This document shows positions 47,676-56,631 of a stretch of 64,000 bases of DNA, in pieces. Each line of letters begins with the position of its first letter. Position 1 is the stretch's first letter. A program made the position numbers and the translations under genes. The notes beneath the pieces are model-generated. The model saw only the letters and a program-made list of their open reading frames with translations, was not told the DNA's origin and searched no databases. Source of the stretch: Planktothrix sp. GU0601_MAG3 (GTDB lineage: Bacteria; Cyanobacteriota; Cyanobacteriia; Cyanobacteriales; Microcoleaceae); NCBI GenBank assembly GCA_035193785.1, contig CP136572.1:3092578-3156577 (forward strand). Direction: 5' to 3'.

Positions 47676-48620
47676 TTACTTAAACTTTAGCAAATACTTA
47701 AGATAAGTATAAATTAATTCTTTTTTCCAAAGTATCCGCTCATAATCAATTGTCATAGGATGGATGGTAACATTGACCCCGTTTTCTTGAGATTGAAGTC
47801 GATTTATTTGGTGCTGACATTTAGCATAAGTATCTCTAGGTACATAAAATTTGACTTCACCTCCTCCATTTTCCTGAAGATAGTTAACATATTTCACAGA
47901 GGCTTTCTTAATACCATTAATAGAACTAGGTTTATAAGCTTTGGCATCACAAATTACACGGTGAGATGTTAGATAAAAATCTGGTTGACAATAACCTTTA
48001 CGGTTTTGAAAATAAAATTTCGGTTTAATTTGCAAACTTGACTGAAGATTTTCTATATTATCAGAGTCCAACAGCATTTTTAATAAGGCTACTTCTCCTT
48101 GATCTCCTTTTAGTTTTTCATCCGGTTTTTTATGATAATAGTCACTTGCAGGATTTTGGGTTAAATCAGTGAGTCTTTCTGGTGCATTGGGGTTGTCATA
48201 TAAAATCCAAGCATCACCTGGAAGGTTAGCGAGTTCAAGTCCTAACCATATTGGGATACCTGATTGAATCGCGGTGGTAAAAATATTATTGGTTTGGGCG
48301 ATCGCATCTTGAATAGAAAGATCATTAATAGCTGTATTTGCTAGTTTAATTGTTGGATGAATAATTGAAGGTAAAAAACTTTGATTCCTAATTTTACCAA
48401 AACCCCACCTATTTTGTATCTCTTCCAATTCCTCTCTTAAACGTTCAACTTGACTTAATCTTTCCTCACACATTTCTAGCAGTATGGAACACTGCCAATC
48501 TAACTCAGAAATATAACACTCAGAGAGTCTATCAGCATAAACATTAACTTCTTCCATCGCTTCTAGTAGTTGGGCGACTTTACTCCGCCATTGTTCTATT
48601 TCGTCTCTGAGTGTCCCCAT
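47676..48620 (-). CDS. putative effector: N-terminal helical RWG unit + C-terminal PD-(D/E)XK-like nuclease
   Basis: Residues 1-73 are paralogous to 48631-48849. KGDQGE...QPDF...ICDAKAY fits the restriction-endonuclease fold. AAGGAG RBS. Confidence 0.65.
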   Translation of the reverse strand: MGTLRDEIEQWRSKVAQLLEAMEEVNVYADRLSECYISELDWQCSILLEMCEERLSQVERLREELEEIQNRWGFGKIRNQSFLPSIIHPTIKLANTAINDLSIQDAIAQTNNIFTTAIQSGIPIWLGLELANLPGDAWILYDNPNAPERLTDLTQNPASDYYHKKPDEKLKGDQGEVALLKMLLDSDNIENLQSSLQIKPKFYFQNRKGYCQPDFYLTSHRVICDAKAYKPSSINGIKKASVKYVNYLQENGGGEVKFYVPRDTYAKCQHQINRLQSQENGVNVTIHPMTIDYERILWKKELIYTYLKYLLKFK

Positions 48621-48630
48621 ATTTTACTCC

Positions 48631-48849
48631 TTAACCCCAACGGGATTTAATTCCTTCAAGCATTTCTATTGCTGTTCTGAGTTCGCTAGATACCTCTTCA
48701 CAGCCCTCCGATAAACTTGAGATTTTGTTGCTTAATTCATCCATTGCCGTCTCAGGAATAGCTGCTGATGAGCTACTAACTTCTTCCAGAGACTCTACTA
48801 TTCTGTTAATCATGGATTGGAATTCTTCAATTTCAGCTTTGACACCCAT
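48631..48849 (-). CDS. 72-aa acidic helical protein ending in RWG (WXG100-reminiscent)
   Basis: GGAGG RBS; amphipathic helices; in an operon with the FtsK ATPase. Confidence 0.75.
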   Translation of the reverse strand: MGVKAEIEEFQSMINRIVESLEEVSSSSAAIPETAMDELSNKISSLSEGCEEVSSELRTAIEMLEGIKSRWG

Positions 48850-48884
48850 TTAGATACCTCCCTCTAAGGAATAAATAAAACATT

Positions 48885-50972
48885 TTACAATTTAGTAACT
48901 AGATAACGCCATAGCGTATCTTCTACTAAGACTTTCTTGCCCACAGGAACTTGAATATAGGGAGTATTTACAAAATTATTATCATCACCTCCAACTAGCA
49001 TTAAAACAGCCCTGCCACGAGATTCTTTTGAGATTTTAGCGGCTTGGCTACTTTCTATAATAGCTTCACTTGCCGCTAAACTTACTCGGAAAACTACTTT
49101 CTCTTCGCAGGAGTCAAGCACCTGTGGTGTTATTATGGCAGTTGATGGTTTTTGAGTGCAGTAAATAACATGAAGACCACATTTCCGCCCCTTACGCGCA
49201 TACTCAATTAATCTCGTCTGAATCGTTTCTTTTAATTTGCTGGGCGCAAGTGCTATGTCTGCTGCTTCATCAATAATCCAAAGCGTGCGCTGAATCTCAA
49301 CCCCTTCTTCTCTTAACTGTTGAATATTTTGAACTTCCGCTTGTGTCAGTAAATTGATGCGTCTTTGATACTCCTCAGTATGAATTTTTTCAACTAATTT
49401 TTGACATTCTTCTACGGTTGTGATAATTTCAACGTTATCCTTGAAATGCTTCGCCAAAAAATTAAAATCAACTCCAGCAAAATCGGCGATATAAATTTTT
49501 CCTGTGGGATTAGCAGAGAGAAACTGGAAAATTACCCAATTCAGAAAGTTAGTTTTCCCTGCACCTGGTACGCCAGCAACTAAGCGATGAGGTGTTTCTG
49601 CCCAGCTTGATATTACGGGATTTCCCTCGTCATTAATGCCTACGATATAGCTATCTCGGTAAGTATCGTAATTCTGTTCCAGAAGACTTTTGTAATAATT
49701 GAATAAGTCTTCTGCATTTGCAACGGGCAATGATTTTTCTGTCATACTTTCAATAGGGATTTCTTTAGAGATTTCTTTGGGAATACCAATGCGGAAAAAT
49801 CCGCTAATTTCTTGAGCCGTCGCCAGCCGATGCAATGGCTTTAAATCAACCATCCGAGAAGGTGCGGGACTTGATGACAATTTCGCTAAAGCCGAACCAT
49901 CTGAAACAGTATCATATAATTGCGGTAAATTTTGATTTTGCTCTGAGTTGATACCACCTATCAAGGGTGGTTGATTTTGATGGTTAAATGATGGTTTTTC
50001 GGGAAGACTACCAGAATCACCGCCGAATTTTGCTAATCCTTTTTTTTGTGGCTGAATGGCATTCTTTATTAACAGTTGACTATCGTTTTTATCCCAGCCT
50101 TCCCATTCGATATTACTGGAAATATCTACGTTTTTTGTGGCTTCCAAACTTTCATAAAATCCGGGTTTCTCTTTGCTAACTTGGATGATTCGGCATCGTT
50201 TCCCGTGAGGTGTTTCTTTGATTGCCTCATCAATGAGGGCGTTGAGGACGGGAAAAGCATCGGCCCGATTTTCTGCTAAGGCTTTGATGCTATATTGGAA
50301 TAGGTCGCTGTTAGGATATGACTGTTGATATTTTTGGTAAAGTGCCGAAGTTACTGAGAGAATGTTGTCTTTAATTCCGTTGGTGTTGGCGTTGACTTTC
50401 TCTAATTGAGCCAGCATTTGGTTGATGGCATTTACCCACAATGATTTTTGATTGGGGTTGTGATAGGTTTGCAGGGTGATTTCTAAAATGAGTTTGCTGT
50501 CTAAGCGGTGGATGACATCACAGACGGCTGACATATCATTGGTTTGATTGGCATCGAAAAGGTGAGGTAGGTAGTAATTTTGGGGTGTGATGAATTCTTC
50601 ATATTTGATAATTTCGCCAATTGTTTGCACCCAGTCTAAGTTTTGGAAAATGGTTAGGTTAGGTTGAGGGGTGAGGGTGAAGAATTGGCTTAATTTGCCT
50701 TTGGTGAGGAGGCTCAGAATTTGTTCAGAATGTTCTTCGGTTTGGGTATTGTGGGGGTGATTAATTAGGAGGTAGGTTTTGAGTTTGGGGGATTGATTGG
50801 GGTCATAGATATAGCGGAGAGAAATTGTTAGGTTAATACCAAGGCGGCTAATTGAGCTTATTAGCTGTTGTTGGGTTTGTAGGAGGTTTTTACGGAGTTC
50901 AGTTTGGCTGTCTTTTTGATGACTCGGTTGAGGGTAAAGTTGATAACATATAGGAAAATTTCGATCAAACAT
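48885..50972 (-). CDS. FtsK/SpoIIIE-family ATPase with long unknown N-terminal region
   Basis: PHRLVAGVPGAGKT (Walker A), LWIIDEAAD (Walker B), ARKGRKCGLHVIYCTQKPS, GRA arginine-finger region. Confidence 0.88.
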   Translation of the reverse strand: MFDRNFPICYQLYPQPSHQKDSQTELRKNLLQTQQQLISSISRLGINLTISLRYIYDPNQSPKLKTYLLINHPHNTQTEEHSEQILSLLTKGKLSQFFTLTPQPNLTIFQNLDWVQTIGEIIKYEEFITPQNYYLPHLFDANQTNDMSAVCDVIHRLDSKLILEITLQTYHNPNQKSLWVNAINQMLAQLEKVNANTNGIKDNILSVTSALYQKYQQSYPNSDLFQYSIKALAENRADAFPVLNALIDEAIKETPHGKRCRIIQVSKEKPGFYESLEATKNVDISSNIEWEGWDKNDSQLLIKNAIQPQKKGLAKFGGDSGSLPEKPSFNHQNQPPLIGGINSEQNQNLPQLYDTVSDGSALAKLSSSPAPSRMVDLKPLHRLATAQEISGFFRIGIPKEISKEIPIESMTEKSLPVANAEDLFNYYKSLLEQNYDTYRDSYIVGINDEGNPVISSWAETPHRLVAGVPGAGKTNFLNWVIFQFLSANPTGKIYIADFAGVDFNFLAKHFKDNVEIITTVEECQKLVEKIHTEEYQRRINLLTQAEVQNIQQLREEGVEIQRTLWIIDEAADIALAPSKLKETIQTRLIEYARKGRKCGLHVIYCTQKPSTAIITPQVLDSCEEKVVFRVSLAASEAIIESSQAAKISKESRGRAVLMLVGGDDNNFVNTPYIQVPVGKKVLVEDTLWRYLVTKL

Positions 50973-51110
50973 TTATCTCCTCCAGTTATTAGATAAGTTG
51001 TCAGAAATACGTTTAATTGTTTTTGCTCTGTTCTTGAGTTGAAAGGCAATGATGAATCTACCAATACCAATGCTGACTAAAACAGTACCTACAAGATAAA
51101 ACCATTCCAT
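50973..51110 (-). CDS. 45-aa single-TM microprotein (not in the ORF track)
   Basis: MEWFYLVGTVLVSIGIGRFIIAFQLKNRAKTIKRISDNLSNNWRR. AGGAGG RBS; its TAA abuts the FtsK ATG. Confidence 0.7.
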   Translation of the reverse strand: MEWFYLVGTVLVSIGIGRFIIAFQLKNRAKTIKRISDNLSNNWRR

Positions 51111-51147
51111 AGATAAAAATTCCTCCTGATTATTCTAAAAATCTAAT

Positions 51148-53850
51148 TTAATAACACTTTTGTTGTCCAACCCAACCTTGCATATAGTTAGCAAACCCTT
51201 GAGCTTCGTTAGAATCACCAAATGAAGCTACTTGTATTTGACCCAGTTTCCCTAGCTGTTTTTGGACTTTGTGCCTGTCCAATATCACCGCAATAATTTG
51301 ATATAACCGTATTCCAGTTGTTATCACTGTATTTAATAAAAACAGGATACCAACAATTATTAGGACTTGAAGAACTACCACAGCTATTCTTAGGAAAACC
51401 ACTAGCATACCATGCTGTTGTCGTATAGCTATTGGAACGAGAACCTTGATTTGAATAATTTATAAACGTAAAATAACATACATATCCCGCAACAATTATC
51501 GCTAAACCCGACAAAATTAATTTCCAGGATGTCTCACTTTCTATTGTTGTACTTTTACTAAGTAGTAGATCGGATTTGCTATTTAGTTCATTAACGACTT
51601 TATTTTTTAGTAAATTCAAGTCAGATAACATTTTTGTATATTGGTTATAACTTAAATCATAATTACTCTCTATCACTTCCGAATTAGGTAAACTTTTGAT
51701 TGTTTGAGAGAGCTTAGTATCTATATTAGCGATTGCATAAAAAGTTTTATCCAGGATGGATTGAGAGGATTTAACTGTCTCTTGCAAGGCTAATGTATCC
51801 GAAATTTGATTTCTTAATAGTTGCATCCAACTTTCAATAGCTGACAGATGCCCATCCTGCTTATTTTGTAGAACTTCTTTCAATATGGAAACTGGTTCTC
51901 CCGTATCGTTTCCCTAATGATTTGGATGCTGTTATGGCACTTGTAAATATCTCTGAAATTTCCTTGTGATAACCACTTGTTGATGAAACATAATTTTTTA
52001 GTTGTGAAATTGTTAAATCTTTTAGTTGAGGTTTATTTAACTGATCAACAATCAGCACCTCTAATACCTTATCAGCATCAGGCTCTACTCTAGCTAACTC
52101 CTCCTTGTATGGAGTCAATAGCCTTACTGTCGCATTCCGTAACTCTTTCTCTTCCAATAATAATTGACTCAATGTTTTCAGCCTTCTGTTTATATCTGTG
52201 GCTGTATTAATAATCTCAGCCGCATGAATTCTCAATGATATTTCATGGTTGGAATTAAGCAAAAACTCTTCCAGAGGCTGATAGAGAGATTCTTCAGTTT
52301 CAGCAGATTGTTGAAATATTGACTGAGCTTGACGCAACGCCACTTCATGCAATTTTGGATTGTTCTCTTCCAATAATAATTGACTCAATGTTTTCAGCCT
52401 TCTGTTTATATCTGTGGCTGTATTAATAATCTCAGTCGCATGAATTCTCAATGATATTTCATGGTTGGAATTAAGCAAAAACTCTTCCAGAGGCTGATAG
52501 AGAGATTCTTCAGTTTCAGCAGATTGTTGAAATATTGACTGAGCTTGACGCAACGCCACTTCATGCAATTTTGGATTGTTCTCTTCCAATAATAATTGAC
52601 TCAATGTTTTCAGCCTTCTGTTTATATCTGTGGCTGTATTAATAATCTCAGCCGCATGAATTCTCAATGATATTTCATGGTTGGAATTAAGCAAAAACTC
52701 TTCCAGAGGCTGATAGAGAGATTCTTCAGTTTCAGCAGATTGTTGAAATATTGACTGAGCTTGACGCAACGCCACTTCATGCAATTTTGGATTGTTCTCT
52801 TCCAATAATAATTGACTCAATGTTTTCAGCCTTCTGTTTATATCTGTGGCTGTATTAATAATCTCAGCCGCATGAATTCTCAATGATATTTCATGGTTGG
52901 AATTAAGCAAAAACTCTTCCAGAGGCTGATAGAGAGATTCTTCAGTTTCAGCAGATTGTTGAAATATTGACTGAGCTTGATGCAACACCACTTCATGCAA
53001 TTGTGGATTATTCTCTTCCAATAATAATTGACTCAATGTTTTCAGCCTTCTGTTTATATCTGTGGCTGTATTAATAATCTTAGCCGCATGAATTCTCAAT
53101 GATATTTCATGCTTGGAATCAAGCAAAAACTCTTCCAAAAGCCCATAAAGATAGTCTTCTATCTCAGTAGATTCTTTAAAAATTAACCTAGCTTGTCGCA
53201 TTGCGGCCCCTTGTACAATACGATTAGGTGAAATTAATCCCAAAAACACCCCACGCCCATGTAACTTAGAAATGACATCCCCGATTAAATCCTGATAATT
53301 CAGAGAGCTATCATTATCATTTAATAACTCATCAGCCGGCCCGTACAGCCAAAATTCAAGATGCCTTTCATATTCTGCGGTTGTTTCCCCTCTGGTGTTC
53401 AGGCGAGGAATTCTATTAATTTCTATTAACTTACGATCGCGTATTTCCCGGCGAATCCGATCAAGGGGTTTCAGTAAAACCCCCTCCTTCTAAATGTTGT
53501 AAACTCTGCTGAGAATATCCGATCGCCTCCAACGCAGAAGCCGCAGCCCACCGAGTCAAATCATTGCTAACTTCCCCCTTCCCCTTGACTTCCTTGGCGA
53601 TATCTCTGAGCACATCCCAGTCTGCTAGAGCCTCCTTAACGTGATAGTGTTGTGCAGCCACGCCTAAGCCTTGCAGCGCTAGAGCCCGCGTGGTTAGGGA
53701 TGCTTGAGTTTCCCAGATATTGACGAAAAAAGGAACAGCGCGATCAGGATTGTTTTCGGCAAAGTCGAAGAATGACTGAATTTGTTCTCCTACATTTCTA
53801 AAGCGATCGGGTAGATCGCTACCACCTGGTATATTTGAAAGGTTACTCAT
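51148..53850 (-). CDS. ~900-aa HEAT-like repeat membrane protein with C-terminal Cys-containing extracytoplasmic domain (four track ORFs joined by three +1 repairs)
   Basis: Removing one A at GAAAC near 53469, 51909 and 51247 gives one open frame: HEAT-like N-terminus, 72-aa repeats, coiled coil, TM (WKLILSGLAIIVAGYVCYF), then FPKNSCG...YPVFI...IQVASF. Confidence 0.75.
52146..53137 (-). repeat. intragenic tandem repeat, 216-bp unit, ~4.6 copies
   Basis: AAAAACTCTTCC recurs at 52261, 52477, 52693, 52909 and 53125. The inner copies are nearly identical. Confidence 0.95.
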
Positions 53851-54053
53851 GGGCTTAACTGAGATAGACGTGAGAGCATTGATAAATTATAACTGTTGCA
53901 GTTGAGTTTGAACCAATTTTTTGAATATTTGTGGCAGAGATTGACGGGATTTACGGATGGTAACGGTTTAACCAGGCTTTGAGATTGCTTTGCTACCCTC
54001 GGAATGACATAATTATTAGGTAGTTTTAATCCCGAATAAATACGATAAAAAAT

Positions 54054-54707
54054 ATGGCAAATTTAGAACATTTAGCGTTATTACAATGGGGATTTCAGCG
54101 TTGGCAAATTTGGCGTTCAAATAATCCTAATATTCAGCCGGACTTGTGCGAAGCTAATTTAATGGGGGCTGATTTAAACGGAATTAATTTACAAAATACT
54201 GATTTAAGTAAAGCTAATTTAATTGCCACGGATTTAAGCTCGGCAAATCTAAAAAAAGCGGATTTAAGTTTGGCTCAATTGCACCGGGCAAACCTCAGCG
54301 AAGCCTTATTATTTCAAGCTAATTTAAGTAACGCTAATCTTAGTACAGCTACGTTAAATAGGGCGGAATTGATAGAAACTTGTCTTTATCGCACGGAATT
54401 AAATAATGCTAAACTAATTAAAGTTCATCTGAATGGAGCTTATTTATATCAGGCTAATTTGAGTGAAGCCGATTTGACTCAGGGGGATTTGAGATTTGCT
54501 AATTTAAACAAAGCTAATCTTTATCAAGCGAATTTGACCGGGGCAAATTTCAGAGGGACAACCTTAATTCAAGCTAATCTACAAAATGCCAATTTATCCT
54601 ACGCAAATTTGAGAGGGACAAATCTAAGTAAAGCCAATTTAACCGGGGCAAATTTAACCGGAGTTGACCTAAAATTTGCTAATTTAAACGGGGCTATTCT
54701 GCCTTAA
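54054..54707 (+). CDS. pentapeptide repeat protein
   Basis: MANLEHLALL...W..WR..NP...PDL followed by A(D/N)Lxx repeats. Confidence 0.93.
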   Translation: MANLEHLALLQWGFQRWQIWRSNNPNIQPDLCEANLMGADLNGINLQNTDLSKANLIATDLSSANLKKADLSLAQLHRANLSEALLFQANLSNANLSTATLNRAELIETCLYRTELNNAKLIKVHLNGAYLYQANLSEADLTQGDLRFANLNKANLYQANLTGANFRGTTLIQANLQNANLSYANLRGTNLSKANLTGANLTGVDLKFANLNGAILP

Positions 54708-54747
54708 TATTATAGCAAATAATAGGGAATAACCTGCTACGCAATTA

Positions 54748-54918
54748 AGCAGTGCGAGCGTCCTCGCTCGCTAGAATAATATTAAGGAATATTCAGGCAA
54801 TATCAAGATCATATTACCCTAATATCAAAATAACATCAAGGTAATATCAAGGCAATATTAGGGTAATATTAGAGCATTTAATAGTGATATTCTAGCGAGC
54901 GAGGACGCTCGCACTGCT
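54748..54918. repeat. REP/MITE-like element with 31-bp terminal inverted repeats
   Basis: AGCAGTGCGAGCGTCCTCGCTCGCTAGAATA at 54748-54778 and its exact reverse complement at 54888-54918. Confidence 0.85.
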
Positions 54919-55663
54919 ATTGGTGAATCAACACTTTAATTGCAAACTCTGGTAACGCCAACATCCGACGCCAGCGCCAAGGTTCTTGATATAATCGATA
55001 TAACCATTCTAAATGATATTTACAGAAAAATTCCGGTGCCCGTTGTTTAATTCCTGACCAAATATCAAAACTTCCTCCCACACCTATCCAAATCGAATTC
55101 GGGCAAAGATGACGATTTTCACTAATCCAAAATTCCTGACGGGGAACACCCAAACCCACTAATATTAATTTAGGTTGTAGGTCTTTTAAAGTGATTTTTA
55201 AATCTTCTTCTTCAGAAGTAGATAGATAACCATGATAACTAGAAATTCCCAGACCTGGCAGTTTTTGTTGAATATTATCCGCCGCCTGTTGAGCAATTCC
55301 TGGTTTTCCTCCATAGAAAAAAACTAATTCAGAATTGTTTAATTTACCGATATTTTCAATTAAGGTTTCTGCTAATTCAATACCCGGACACCGTTGAATT
55401 TTTTTACCTTTATATTGTAAATAAAGCACTACCCCCGCACCATCGGGAATTACTAACTCTGCTGAATGAATAATTTCTGCTAATTTAGGATCTTTTTCGC
55501 CTTGAATTGCCATTTCTGCATTCAAAGTGATAACATGGGTTCCTAACCCTTGTTGCCAACGTTGTAATAACCAGTTAGTATAATTATTAGTTAAATGTAC
55601 AGGTAAACCCAACACTGGAAAACCGTTAAGAGCAGAATCAAAGGGCAAAATAGTTGGACTCAT
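54917..55663 (-). CDS. WecB/TagA/CpsF family glycosyltransferase
   Basis: TLNAEM, PDGAGV, GLGVPRQE, GVGGSFD, LEWLYRLYQEPWRWRR. Confidence 0.93.
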   Translation of the reverse strand: MSPTILPFDSALNGFPVLGLPVHLTNNYTNWLLQRWQQGLGTHVITLNAEMAIQGEKDPKLAEIIHSAELVIPDGAGVVLYLQYKGKKIQRCPGIELAETLIENIGKLNNSELVFFYGGKPGIAQQAADNIQQKLPGLGISSYHGYLSTSEEEDLKITLKDLQPKLILVGLGVPRQEFWISENRHLCPNSIWIGVGGSFDIWSGIKQRAPEFFCKYHLEWLYRLYQEPWRWRRMLALPEFAIKVLIHQ

Positions 55664-55833
55664 AAATAAATTTTAGAAACCTCACACACATTATTACCGA
55701 AAATGCGATCAAAGCCCCTGAATTAATTTCTGGGGATGTGGCCGGGGAATAAATTCCCTATGAATATTTCCATTTTAATATATAACAGAAGAAGTTAAAC
55801 ATAAACTGAGATAGGATGGCAAGATGCCCGATC

Positions 55834-56194
55834 TTAAAAAAGAGGCAGAAATTCTATTCTATCTTGATACTCATTCTCAAATGACCCTTCGGCGATTAAA
55901 ATTAACTGATCAATATTTTCACCAATACTTAACTTTGGACTGAGGATAAAGATCCCAGGGATATGATGACTTAAAGCGATATGATCTGCTAGATGAAACT
56001 GGCATAGACTTGCGGTTATTCGTTACCAAAATACATTGATTTTCTTCACACCAACATAAAATTTCAGGATCTAAAGTTCCTTTGGGTGGAGCAGTCAACT
56101 CCCCAACAGCTATCACGAATAAATCTGACTGAAAACGGCGTAGTTGGCGGGTATAAATTGGATCGATATTTTCATCAATAAGATACTTGAGCAT
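55834..56194 (-). CDS. DUF5615/PIN-like toxin of a type II TA pair (split near 55996)
   Basis: YLIDEN, GTLDPEIL.W, ILVTNNRKSMPVHLADH after repair. Confidence 0.8.
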
Positions 56195-56522
56195 GATCCG
56201 TTGAGTTTGCCAATTTTTGTGCCTTCAATTGTCGCAATTTCTCTACAATTGGGCGAGGATTGCGTTGTTGTTCTGCTCGCATTCTATCGCCCCATTCTAA
56301 CCAATCGGTCATGTAAGCCTCCACTGCTGGTTTGTTATGCAGGTAATATAAAATTGTGGCATACACTTGTTCTAAAGTTAGCGAAGGATAGGTGTGGGCA
56401 ATTTCTTCTGGAGTTTTGGCACGAAAAAGGTGGTCAAATAAAATTGTTTCAATACCGATGCGTGTGCCCTTGAGTCTAATGTCATCCGCCGCCAAAAAAT
56501 TAAAGTAATCTTCTAGTAGCAT
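56175..56522 (-). CDS. DUF433 antitoxin
   Basis: IRLKGTRIGIE...TPEEIA..YPSLTLEQVYATILYY. Confidence 0.88.
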   Translation of the reverse strand: MLLEDYFNFLAADDIRLKGTRIGIETILFDHLFRAKTPEEIAHTYPSLTLEQVYATILYYLHNKPAVEAYMTDWLEWGDRMRAEQQRNPRPIVEKLRQLKAQKLANSTDHAQVSY

Positions 56523-56631
56523 GGTTCTTTAATATTTGATTACCAAACTGCGATTTGATTGTATCATTTAATCTGGCAGTCAGGGAAACATCTACACAAA
56601 CCCAAAGGCAAAACCAACCTCAACTCCCCAT

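Larger units (their letters stand above)
47555..54040. mobile_element. genomic islet bounded by a 23-bp direct repeat of the ccmP 3' end
   Basis: AGGTAGTTTTAATCCCGAATAAA is identical at 47555-47577 and 54018-54040. It encloses one accessory operon. No integrase seen. Confidence 0.7.

Noticed and set aside
48631..48849. Calling the 72-aa protein a canonical WXG100/EsxA
   Set aside because: It is shorter than ~100 aa and lacks a central W-x-G. It is reported only as WXG100-reminiscent.
50861..51070. 69-aa track ORF overlapping the FtsK start
   Set aside because: The 45-aa ORF in another frame has the RBS, the TM character and the stop-start coupling.
52146..53137. Possible CRISPR array
   Set aside because: The units are 216-bp contiguous in-frame repeats without unique spacers, and no cas genes are present.
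47578..54017. Prophage or complete ICE
   Set aside because: No integrase, relaxase, VirB4, replication or virion genes are recognisable.
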